Source: Schaalia odontolytica
GTDB taxonomy: Bacteria > Actinomycetota > Actinomycetes > Actinomycetales > Actinomycetaceae
Reading direction: 5' to 3'
Length of the DNA: 32,000 nt
NCBI RefSeq assembly: GCF_005696695.1
Contig: NZ_CP040006.1
Span: forward strand, 960,001-992,000
Shown in pieces: positions 17,998 to 25,992 of the stretch (position 1 is its first letter; the number at the start of each line of letters is the position of its first letter). The notes beneath the pieces were generated by a model. The model was not told the DNA's origin. It saw only the letters and a program-made list of their open reading frames with translations, and searched no databases. The position numbers and the translations under genes are program-made.

Positions 17998-18990
17998 ATG
18001 GGGGCCAGGACGCCTGACGCGTATCGAATCGGTGCGGGGCAGGTGACGCAGGAGTATCCGGCCGATGCTGTGCCCGCGCGTGCGCGCAAGCAGCCCAGCC
18101 TGCCCACGATGTCCCGTGCGCCCGAGTCGTCTCCCGCCGAACAGGCCGTCACCGCCGAGGTCGCGGTGGTTCGACGCAAGGCTTCCGGTGCGCCGCGCTC
18201 CTCGAATGATTCTCGTCCCTCGAAGAACGCTGCCGCGGTGACGCAGCGCCAGGTAACTGTGCGCGAGGCCGCCCCCGCGCAGGCCGCACCCGTTGTGGAA
18301 TCTCCCGCGCGCGAGTACGCGCATTTGGACGAGGCCGGGGTGGCCTTTGAGGGCGATCAGCGTCCTGGCGTTCCCGTCCATCATGACTGGCACCGCACGA
18401 CGATGCGCGTCGTGAACTCGGCAGGGGAGCAGGTAGCTCAGAAACGGGGCGTGTCCGCGCCGGCATTGCCTGTGCCAACACAGGTCGAAGAGGCCTCTGG
18501 AGTCGGCGGTGCGTCGCGTGCCCAGCGCGCGACACGACGCTCGGGTGTCGCTGCCTCGCGCATGGATCGCCGTGAGCGTCCTGCCCGCCGCGGGCAGCGC
18601 CTTCCTGGCCTTCTGATGTTCCTCCTCGGCTTCATCTCAGCGCTCCTGATTGTTGCGGCCGTTGTCGGTGGACTGTATGTTGCGCGCTCGACGGGTTCTT
18701 CCGGCTTTACGAACGCCGTCGACTCCTGTCACGCACGTGGTTTGCATGCTCGCTTGGCCAGTGATGAGACCTCGCTGACCCTCGAGGCCTTCTCCGATAG
18801 TGGGGATAGTCTGACGACACCGATCTTCCAGTGCGTGCTCGGCAAGCTCGGTACCCCAGCGGCGGTGCGCGAGCGCATGTACGCGACCCGCGCGATCGAT
18901 GGCACTCAGTCGGAGCAGTGGGGCGCCTATAAGGCGACCTGGACGTACGAACCGGATCAGGGCTTGACCGTCATCGTCAGCTCCCGCTGA
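17998..18990 (+). CDS. single-pass membrane protein: disordered basic/Pro-Ala-rich N-terminal part, one TM, ~110-aa extracytoplasmic C-terminal domain with two Cys; function unknown
   Basis: GGAGG lies 4 nt upstream of the ATG. TM segment is GLLMFLLGFISALLIVAAVVGGLYVA. The C-terminal domain runs AVDSCHARG...IFQCVLGKLG...WTYEPDQGLTVIVSSR. Confidence 0.6.
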   Translation: MGARTPDAYRIGAGQVTQEYPADAVPARARKQPSLPTMSRAPESSPAEQAVTAEVAVVRRKASGAPRSSNDSRPSKNAAAVTQRQVTVREAAPAQAAPVVESPAREYAHLDEAGVAFEGDQRPGVPVHHDWHRTTMRVVNSAGEQVAQKRGVSAPALPVPTQVEEASGVGGASRAQRATRRSGVAASRMDRRERPARRGQRLPGLLMFLLGFISALLIVAAVVGGLYVARSTGSSGFTNAVDSCHARGLHARLASDETSLTLEAFSDSGDSLTTPIFQCVLGKLGTPAAVRERMYATRAIDGTQSEQWGAYKATWTYEPDQGLTVIVSSR

Positions 18991-19097
18991 CGGCGTGATC
19001 GGCCCGGGGGAGTGTCATCATCTGAGATTTGTCCTACCGCATTGCCTTGTATCGCTCGTAAAATGAGCGGGTATTTCAATGCGTGAAGGAGTATCTC

Positions 19098-19892
19098 GTG
19101 TCCGATTCGCAGCCCGCCGTGCCCGCCGCCCCCGTGGGGGAAGATATCGCACTGGCGATCCGAGGCCTCGTCAAGATTTATGGCAACCTCGTCGCCGTCG
19201 CCGACCTATCCCTCGATATCCCCACCGGATCCTTCTACGGGATTGTCGGTCCTAACGGTGCCGGTAAGACAACGACGCTGACCATGGCCACAGGCCTGCT
19301 CACCCCCGACCGTGGCACTGCGTACGTGCACGGCGTCGACGTGTGGGCGCGAACCCAGGAGGCGCGTGCCCTCCTCGGCGTCATGCCCGACGGTATGCGG
19401 CTGCTCGACCGCCTCTCCGGCCCCGACTTCCTCGTCCACGTGGGCATGCTTCACGGCCTCGACGCGTCCGTCGCCCGCGAGCGCGCCCACGAGCTCCTCG
19501 CGGCCCTCGACCTGGCCGAGGCCGGCAAGAAGCTGATCAGCGACTACTCGGCCGGCATGACGAAGAAGATCGCCCTGGCCGCCGCCCTCATTCACTCCCC
19601 GCGAGTCCTGGTCCTCGACGAGCCTTTCGAGGCCGTGGATCCCGTTTCCGCGACCAACATCCGCCAGATCCTCACCGACTACACGCGTCGCGGTGGCACC
19701 GTCATCCTGTCCTCGCACGTGATGGCCACCGTCCAGCAGCTGTGCACGCACGTGGCCATCATCGACAAGGGGCGCGTGCTCGTCGCAGGAACCACCGACG
19801 AGGTTGCCCAGGGCGGAGACCTGGGGGAGCGCTTCACCGCTCTGGTCGGCGGCGTCCACTCCGAGGAAGGTCTGTCGTGGTTGGGCAACTGA
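19098..19892 (+). CDS. ABC transporter ATP-binding protein (ABC-2/exporter type)
   Basis: Walker A GPNGAGKTT, signature-like YSAGMTKK, Walker B VLVLDEP and H-loop SSHVM. The GTG at 19098 has GAAGGAG 6 nt upstream. The track start at 19083 overlaps that ribosome-binding site. Confidence 0.88.
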   Translation: MSDSQPAVPAAPVGEDIALAIRGLVKIYGNLVAVADLSLDIPTGSFYGIVGPNGAGKTTTLTMATGLLTPDRGTAYVHGVDVWARTQEARALLGVMPDGMRLLDRLSGPDFLVHVGMLHGLDASVARERAHELLAALDLAEAGKKLISDYSAGMTKKIALAAALIHSPRVLVLDEPFEAVDPVSATNIRQILTDYTRRGGTVILSSHVMATVQQLCTHVAIIDKGRVLVAGTTDEVAQGGDLGERFTALVGGVHSEEGLSWLGN

Positions 19893-21571
19893 TTCGCCTC
19901 AAGCTTCGCATCATCTGGAACACTGTCCGCAAGCAGACGGTCGTCCTCGTTCTGGCCGTCCTCGGTGTCCTCTACTTCGGCGCAATCTATGCTTCCGCGC
20001 TCGTGGGCACCGCCTTCCTTGCTCGCTCCGACGAGGCTTCGCTGGCCGCGCCCGTGATGCCGATTGTCGGGCCCTTCATCTTCTTGCTGTGGTTGGTCCT
20101 TCCGATCATCTTCGCTTCGATGGACAACTCTCTCGATCCAGTGCGCCTGTCGCCCTACGTGGGACCCAGCAAGCGCCTCGGAGCGGGGTTGGCTGCCTCG
20201 ACTGCGGTCGGTCCCGGCGGGCTCCTGTCCGCGATGATCCTCTTCCTACCCGTCTGGTTCGCGCTGTGGCGCGCCCAGTGGCTTGAGGCGCTCGGCTGGT
20301 TCATCGCTGGTGTCGTGACGCTGCCTCTCGCGGTGCTCTGGGCGCGCGCGGTCGGGACCTGGTTCGCGGTACGCCTGGACAGCTCGGGCAAGAAGGATGC
20401 CGTCACGGCCCTGGGTGCCGTCGTCTTCATGATGGTGCTGACTCCCTTGGGTTACTGGATGTCTTTGCTGACCCGGAACTTTTCCGTTGAGGCCTTCAAG
20501 GCGGGTTTGAACGTCGCACTGTGGACTCCCTTCGGCGCTCCCTTCGGTGTGGTTGCTTCGCTGCTCGAGGGCGCGTGGGTGGCCGCGGCGATCCGTGCTC
20601 TCGTCACGGTCGTGACCGCCGTCGTCGGTTGGCGGGCCTGGCTCGCCGTCCTGCGCCCCGTCATGAGCGGCTACGCCGGTGAGATCAGCGCCGACGCGCA
20701 GCGCGCCATCGACGAGGGACGCCACCTCATCGACGAATCCCTCGAAGAAGAAGCGCGTAGTCGCCGCTCCGAGCAGTCGCGAGCCGCCGGCCTGCGCAGC
20801 GTCGACCTGTTCACGCGCCTCGGCCTCGGAGTGCGCAGCGCCTCCCTGGCCGCGCGCACGCTGCGCTACTGGATCGTCGATACGCGCCTGAACATGAACA
20901 TGGCACTCGCGCTGCTGTTCCCGGTTGTCGCGATCTTCATGGGGCGGCTGGCTGCTGAGGGGCAGTCGTTCGCGTTCTCGGCGGGTATCTTCCTCTACCT
21001 GGTGCCCATCACAACGGGCCTGACGACCGGTGCGCTCATGCAATATGACTCGACGGGCGCCTGGATCGTGGTGTCGTCGGGGATGAGTGGTCGCGAGGAA
21101 CGTCGCGGACGCCTCGTTGGTTCGCTCATTGTGTTAGTACCTCAGGTCATCGGTTATCTCATTCACGATGCCGCGACCGGCGCGAGCGCCTCCGATTTTG
21201 TGTTCCACCAGGTGATGGGCGTTGTTCTTTTCGCCGGTGCCGCTGCGACGACCCTCGTCGTGAATGCGCGGTGGGTGTACCCGGTGCAGCCCCCGGGCAC
21301 GTCCCCGCTGGCGACGAAGGGAACCGGTTCCTTCCTGATGACGATGCTGCTGCAGCTCGTGGGCTTCGCGGGTACCGCCGTCCTGCAGATCCCGTCCTAC
21401 GTGCTGCTCGTGCTGGCGTCCTTCGGCTTCGTTCCCAACTGGGTCGCCTACGTCGTGGCCCTCGCGTGGTCGGTTCTCGTCCTTGAGGCAGCCGTTCGGA
21501 TTGGCGGGCGCGTGTGGGACCGCTACGCTGTCGCCGCACTGACGTCGATCCGCAGTTGGCCGGGACACTGA
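19877..21571 (+). CDS. large polytopic ABC exporter permease-like membrane protein (564 aa)
   Basis: The GTG at 19877 has GAGGAAGG 6 nt upstream and overlaps the ATPase gene by 16 nt. By eye there are about a dozen hydrophobic segments, split by a charged loop (DAQRAIDEGRHLIDESLEEEARSRRSEQSRA). The first 178 codons of the track ORF (from 19343) are an out-of-frame shadow of the ATPase gene. Confidence 0.75.
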   Translation: MVGQLIRLKLRIIWNTVRKQTVVLVLAVLGVLYFGAIYASALVGTAFLARSDEASLAAPVMPIVGPFIFLLWLVLPIIFASMDNSLDPVRLSPYVGPSKRLGAGLAASTAVGPGGLLSAMILFLPVWFALWRAQWLEALGWFIAGVVTLPLAVLWARAVGTWFAVRLDSSGKKDAVTALGAVVFMMVLTPLGYWMSLLTRNFSVEAFKAGLNVALWTPFGAPFGVVASLLEGAWVAAAIRALVTVVTAVVGWRAWLAVLRPVMSGYAGEISADAQRAIDEGRHLIDESLEEEARSRRSEQSRAAGLRSVDLFTRLGLGVRSASLAARTLRYWIVDTRLNMNMALALLFPVVAIFMGRLAAEGQSFAFSAGIFLYLVPITTGLTTGALMQYDSTGAWIVVSSGMSGREERRGRLVGSLIVLVPQVIGYLIHDAATGASASDFVFHQVMGVVLFAGAAATTLVVNARWVYPVQPPGTSPLATKGTGSFLMTMLLQLVGFAGTAVLQIPSYVLLVLASFGFVPNWVAYVVALAWSVLVLEAAVRIGGRVWDRYAVAALTSIRSWPGH

Positions 21572-21590
21572 TCTCTGCTTGTGTGGATGT

Positions 21591-21628
21591 ACGAGGCCGG
21601 GGTTGCCCACTGGGTGCCCCGGCCTCGT
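21591..21628 (+). terminator. hairpin downstream of the permease gene
   Basis: 12-bp stem acgaggccgggg / ccccggcctcgt with a 14-nt loop, followed by tgtcgg (a weak U-tract). Confidence 0.45.
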
Positions 21629-21690
21629 TGTCGGATGCTGTGGCGCACTGTGCCGGAGGGGTAGTGGTGTTTTGTCCTTTCACCCAAATA

Positions 21691-21725
21691 AGGCGGGGTG
21701 CCGGCGATTCGCCGACACCCCGCCT
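21691..21725 (-). terminator. intrinsic terminator of the surface-protein gene
   Basis: Roughly 15-bp stem aggcggggtgccggcg / cgccgacaccccgcct with one mismatch. On the minus strand it is followed by tatttgggtg. It lies 19 nt past the stop at 21744. Confidence 0.65.
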
Positions 21726-21743
21726 ATGACTATGACACACGGA

Positions 21744-23606
21744 TTAAGAGCGCTTCCTCCGCATTGCCGCGGCGCCGATAGTGCCCGTCACGGCTGCGAG
21801 CGCAAGCACATTGCCGGTGAGAGCACCGGTCTTGGCGAGCTGCGTTGCAGGCGTAGGAGGAACCGAGGGCGTCACCGTCGTCGGTGTAGGCGTCGGACCA
21901 GGCTTGAAGGATAGTCGTGTCACGTAGGGATGCGACTCGCTGGTCGTGTACTTCAGAGGATGCACCATGAGCGGAGCTTCATTCCATCCGGCTGAAGGGC
22001 CGGTCATGGGCGCCCTCCATCCGGCAGAAAAAGGGATGCCTGTAGGGGGACATGCGGGCGATGGAGGATCAAATACTGTTCCAAGGACGGACCGAGGCTC
22101 GGCCGGTTCGACAGCGTCGTAGTCGCCCATAGTCGGAGGGCATGCGGGTGAAGGCGTCCCAGGCCTGACCGTGACGCCGAGTTGTTTTTCAACATCAACC
22201 GAGATAGTGCCCTGCGTGAGGTGATCGATCTGGTAATCCGTATCGGCAGTAGCGGATTCAGTGAAGGCAATCTTCGAAATGGTGATCACCGCTTCGCCGT
22301 GAAGCGCAGCCATCGCGTCCTTGAGGGCTTCGATAGTGGTGATCTGTTCGGGGGTATCGAAGTCAACGCTAACCGTTGCGGTCTGTCCATTAACTGCCAC
22401 TGTTGTCGCCGAGAAGCCCTGGGGAAGCCCCGTCACCGAAATGGCCGAGGGATCAGAAAACTTCAGCTGCGCAGGAAGAGTGATCTGCGTTGTGAAGCCC
22501 AAGTGAGCATTCTTCAGTGCAATATCGTCGAAAGCGTTGGGCGTCTCGTCGTACTTCTGGAGGAGATCAGCAATGCGTCCACCTCGAAGGTCCTTCAAGT
22601 GAACGACGTTCTCGATGGTCAGAAGAGAATCTTTGCTCTCGGCGTAGATCTTTTCCGTCTGAGTTGGAGTGTTCCCATCCAGGCCGACCTTAAAATCGTT
22701 GTCGATTGTCGGGTCATCACCGTTGACCGGAAGGGTGCCGAAAACCTTCTTGTACTTGTAAATCCCGGTCAAGCGATCCGAAGACAACTCCCACGTGGAG
22801 AATTCGTAGTCGGGAATTCCAGCGGCTTGGAAGAAGTTGGGTCCGGTCTTCGGGGGCTGCAAGTCGTGGCCGTCTTCTTCATCAACCCAGCGCGTCGTCC
22901 GGGTTGGTGCGGACGCGAAGCAATCGGTAGGCGACTGTGCCAGTGCCAGGGTCTTCGTATCGAAGTGAAAGACCTGAGCGGGAGCGGTCGCTGATGCGAA
23001 GAAGTTGAACTTCCCTGTAACGGTAACCTGTTCGCTGGCCAGTCGTGTCGCTTCCGTGGGGTCGGTCGTGCCAACGGCGTAGGGGACCTGGACCTTGATC
23101 GTGTGCTGGCCGGGGTTGTCTTTCTCTGCATCGTAGATGTCGAGCAGCTGCTGCCAGTTCAGATCTTTGAGCTGGATGTTCGCAGTGACCTGTGTGCGGT
23201 CATCGCCCGGGGAGAACGAGGTGTAGGCGATCATTGACGAGGTAGATTTCGCGCGAGACGTCCCCAGCGTGACTGTCTGAGGGACACTCAGGGTCAGTGC
23301 GATATCGGAGTCGAAGTTGGCGCCGGAGTCATGAGGAGAGAGTCCCTGTGCAGCCGCAGCGCGGATTTCGGCCTCGTGGCCTGCCAGAAGCGTAGTGACC
23401 GGAATGTCCAGCACGACGGTACCGTGATAGGTCGTGATCACAGGGTTGGCATTGCACACAGTCGTGCTTGTTGATGAAACGTATTGTGAGAGTGGGAAGG
23501 GCTGAGCATCGGCTTGTGCGCTGCGAGGCGCAAACATTGTTAGCGTGCCTGTAGCGACGAGAGCCAAACCAGCACCCGTAGCTAGTACTCTCTGGCTTTT
23601 CCTCAT
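21744..23606 (-). CDS. cell-wall-anchored surface protein with an LAKTG sortase signal; passenger domain of unknown function
   Basis: Sec signal peptide MRKSQRVLATGAGLALVATGTLTMFAPRSAQA. The C-terminus has a Pro/Thr stalk (KPGPTPTPTTVTPSVPPTPA), then LAKTG, a hydrophobic segment and RRKRS. GC content and codon usage are visibly lower/different from neighbouring genes. Confidence 0.85.
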   Translation of the reverse strand: MRKSQRVLATGAGLALVATGTLTMFAPRSAQADAQPFPLSQYVSSTSTTVCNANPVITTYHGTVVLDIPVTTLLAGHEAEIRAAAAQGLSPHDSGANFDSDIALTLSVPQTVTLGTSRAKSTSSMIAYTSFSPGDDRTQVTANIQLKDLNWQQLLDIYDAEKDNPGQHTIKVQVPYAVGTTDPTEATRLASEQVTVTGKFNFFASATAPAQVFHFDTKTLALAQSPTDCFASAPTRTTRWVDEEDGHDLQPPKTGPNFFQAAGIPDYEFSTWELSSDRLTGIYKYKKVFGTLPVNGDDPTIDNDFKVGLDGNTPTQTEKIYAESKDSLLTIENVVHLKDLRGGRIADLLQKYDETPNAFDDIALKNAHLGFTTQITLPAQLKFSDPSAISVTGLPQGFSATTVAVNGQTATVSVDFDTPEQITTIEALKDAMAALHGEAVITISKIAFTESATADTDYQIDHLTQGTISVDVEKQLGVTVRPGTPSPACPPTMGDYDAVEPAEPRSVLGTVFDPPSPACPPTGIPFSAGWRAPMTGPSAGWNEAPLMVHPLKYTTSESHPYVTRLSFKPGPTPTPTTVTPSVPPTPATQLAKTGALTGNVLALAAVTGTIGAAAMRRKRS

Positions 23607-23750
23607 GATGTTCCCCAGTCGTAGGTGAGCGAATTAAACGGAATGATTCATGATTTTTGAGTATACACATTGTTGTGGACAGTAGATCGCCTCTTGCGAG
23701 CTCAGCTTTGGTTTCACTGCTCTATCAGGCGTGGGCACATCGGGCGCAAG

Positions 23751-23930
23751 CCCTGAATGTGCGTGCGAACCCCTTGATACGCACGTAAACCCCTAGATGG
23801 GCACGTGGGCGGCGTTGCCCACACGCAGGTTATGAGGCCCGCGGGTAGATCATCGGGCTAACGTGCGTATCGTCGGGTCCACGTACGCTCCCAAAGGCCC
23901 GCACATAGGTATTGGGCTTTCGTGAGGAGC
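23751..23930. repeat. phased, degenerate ~20-bp tandem repeat array (about 9 units), iteron-like
   Basis: Consecutive 20-mers all carry a CACGT/ACGTG/CGCAC-like core in the same phase. Units 1-3 share ccctNNatNNgcNcgtNNNc. Units 5-9 share NNNNgGGcccaCGtNNNNNN. Details are in the findings. Confidence 0.55.
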
Positions 23931-24084
23931 AGCGTGGCATGTCATGGCGCGAAAGAGTTCGCCCAGCAAGCAAGAAAATGCTCATTTTGGGAGTGTTTTC
24001 CCGGTGCTGGGCGAATTTTGTCGCGAGTGCGCGATGAGTGAGGAGATGACGGTATGGCATGTGTGCAGTCCCCGCCCGATTGGA

Positions 24085-24186
24085 GGCCACCGCGAGGCCT
24101 GCGGGGCCTGGCCGGGCTTCGAGACGACGCGCCGAGCGAAGCTCGTGGCACGGACGGCGAGCGGGCGGGCAGGCCTCGCGGTGGCC
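24085..24186. repeat. 18-bp perfect inverted repeat flanking a 66-bp GC-rich spacer (long stem-loop or MITE-like unit)
   Basis: ggccaccgcgaggcctgc (24085-24102) is the exact reverse complement of gcaggcctcgcggtggcc (24169-24186). The spacer contains an inner hairpin cgagc-gaa-gctcg. Confidence 0.7.
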
Positions 24187-24228
24187 GGAGATCTGGCGGG
24201 GCGCTGCAGAGGCCGGAAATCTGGCGGG
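24183..24228. repeat. 18-bp direct repeat (17/18 identical), 28-bp period
   Basis: ggccggagatctggcggg (24183-24200) and ggccggaaatctggcggg (24211-24228). The first copy overlaps the right arm of the inverted repeat by 4 nt. Confidence 0.6.
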
Positions 24229-24272
24229 TTACGGCCAATACTGGAAAGCAAACGGGGGCACGGATGCGAAAA

Positions 24273-24298
24273 AACCGGCGACCCGAAGGCCGCCGGTT
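24273..24298 (-). terminator. intrinsic terminator downstream of the tandem tRNA-Lys genes
   Basis: Stem aaccggcg / cgccggtt plus an inner cc/gg pair. On the minus strand it is followed by a run of six T (plus-strand aaaaaa at 24268-24273). It lies 5 nt past the tRNA 3' end. Confidence 0.7.
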
Positions 24299-24303
24299 GT
24301 CTG

Positions 24304-24376
<73 letters not shown>

Positions 24377-24410
24377 GGGGGACTTTCACCAGCCGGAGCC
24401 GGGAAAGCTG

Positions 24411-24483
<73 letters not shown>

Positions 24484-24628
24484 GGGGGTTTTGCAACCGA
24501 GAGATAAATATACAGGCGCGTCCCGCCCGGCGCAAGTCAATGAGGGGCGTCGTGGCCTATGTCGCACGCTCGCCGGGCGTGAGCCACCCGGGCACCTACA
24601 ATGGGGCCTCAGATGAAAGGGGAACGCC

Positions 24629-25297
24629 ATGTCGGACGCGTCGAGCAACTACTCCTCGGTCGTGGAGGACATCCTCAAGCTCGTGTGGAGCGCCGAGGAA
24701 GCCGGCCGTGACGGCGTCAAGCCCAAGGACGTCTCCGAACACATGGGTGTCGTCCCTTCGACGGCAACGGAGAACATTCAGCGCCTGGCCCGCCAGGGCC
24801 TCGTCACGCACGAGCGCTACGGCCGCGTGCGACTGACCCCGCAGGGGCGCGCGATCGCCCTGGGAATGGTGCGCCGCCACCGTCTGCTCGAAACCTACCT
24901 GCACGAGGCCCTCGGTTTCTCATGGGATGAGGTGCACGAAGAGGCCGAGATTCTCGAACATGCGGTCTCTGATCGGCTTCTCGACCGCCTCGACCGAGTC
25001 CTCGGCTACCCGAGCCGTGACCCGCACGGTGATCCGATCCCACGAGCCGACGGCTCCAGCGATGACGTCTCCGGCTGTCCCGTCGACGCGCTCGACGTCA
25101 CCGGCGGGGGAATCGTCGTCCGGCTGCCCGACCGCGACCCCGAAGCGTTGCGCGCGTGGGAGGAGGCCGGCCTCGTGCCCGGCGCTCATATCACCGTCGT
25201 CGCGTCCGACGCCGGGGGAGTGACCGTCCTGCTCGAGGATGGGCAGATGCTCCTCCTTGACCCCGCCCAGGCCTCGGGCATCGTCGTTCGGGACTGA
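24629..25297 (+). CDS. DtxR/IdeR/MntR-family metal-dependent transcriptional regulator with a C-terminal FeoA/SH3-like domain
   Basis: Winged-helix region (VSEHMGVVPSTATENIQRLARQGLV), dimerisation/metal-binding region (RRHRLLETYLHEALGFSWDEVHEEAEILEHAVSD...DPHGDPIP) and a C-terminal beta-rich domain. Confidence 0.88.
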   Translation: MSDASSNYSSVVEDILKLVWSAEEAGRDGVKPKDVSEHMGVVPSTATENIQRLARQGLVTHERYGRVRLTPQGRAIALGMVRRHRLLETYLHEALGFSWDEVHEEAEILEHAVSDRLLDRLDRVLGYPSRDPHGDPIPRADGSSDDVSGCPVDALDVTGGGIVVRLPDRDPEALRAWEEAGLVPGAHITVVASDAGGVTVLLEDGQMLLLDPAQASGIVVRD

Positions 25298-25421
25298 GCC
25301 ACACCGGCGCGACCCCACTTCCCATTGACGAGGCCCGGAAACGATCCAGCCCACCTGACCGAGTCGGCCGGGCGGGCTGGGAGCGCCCGTTGGTGGGCGC
25401 ACAGGAGGGGGAGCGAAGTCC

Positions 25422-25868
25422 TCAGGCGAGGGAAGCGGATCCCATTGACGGGGGCACGTGGCGGCCGTGTCCGGCGGACAGGAGCGCCTCGCGCAGGGCG
25501 GTGATTGCGCTATCGAGTTCCTCGTCGCTGGCGGGGGCTGCCTTGGACAGGAGGATGTCGGTCTCGTCGCGCAGGGGGATGACGTGCAGGTGGGTGTGGG
25601 GCACCTCGAATCCCGCGATCGCCAGGCCGGCGCGCGGCACGCCGAACGCGGCCTTCTGCGCCAGTCCGATCGTGCGTGCCACAGTCATGAGGTGGGCGGC
25701 GACGTCCGAGGGGGCGTCCGTCCACGCCTCGTATGCGGTGCGCGGAACCACGAGGACGTGGCCCGGCGAGGTCGGCTCGATCGTTGCGAAGGCGACGCAC
25801 AGGTCGTCGGCCCACACGAAGCGGCCGGGCCAGACACCCGTGATGATGTTGTCGAAGATAGTGCTCAT
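25422..25868 (-). CDS. HIT-family (histidine triad) nucleotide hydrolase/transferase
   Basis: The histidine triad HTHLHVIP is present, together with a typical N-terminal half (FDNIITG...FATIEPTSPGHVLVVPR). Confidence 0.85.
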   Translation of the reverse strand: MSTIFDNIITGVWPGRFVWADDLCVAFATIEPTSPGHVLVVPRTAYEAWTDAPSDVAAHLMTVARTIGLAQKAAFGVPRAGLAIAGFEVPHTHLHVIPLRDETDILLSKAAPASDEELDSAITALREALLSAGHGRHVPPSMGSASLA

Positions 25869-25992
25869 GCGACTATTGTCACCTATTCGCGCTCACTTCG
25901 GTAGGTGGGCGCGTCCGGCGGGGCGGGCGGGCGTGAACTACCCTGGTGGGGAGTATTGTTACGCGACCCATCGTTAAGCGAGGAACGCACAG

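Noticed and set aside
19343-19876. N-terminal 178 codons of the 742-aa track ORF (Arg/Pro-rich).
   Set aside because: This part is an out-of-frame overlap with the ABC ATPase gene. The hydrophobic permease sequence begins at the GTG at 19877, which has its own ribosome-binding site.
24085-24186. The 18-bp inverted repeat interpreted as an invertible promoter switch (inverton).
   Set aside because: The 66-bp spacer is far too short for site-specific inversion, and no recombinase gene is nearby. It is kept as a hairpin/MITE-like finding instead.
25319-25450. The 11-nt word tcccattgacg occurs twice (about 25319 and 25440).
   Set aside because: Dozens of 11-mer coincidences are expected by chance in 32 kb. 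One copy lies inside the HIT coding sequence.
25869-25992. Possible T-box or other leader upstream of leuS, and likewise upstream of trpS at 10629-10676.
   Set aside because: The leaders are only 124 nt and 48 nt. I saw no specifier-loop/T-box (AANNNGGTGGNACCGCG) sequence, only a 6-bp hairpin.
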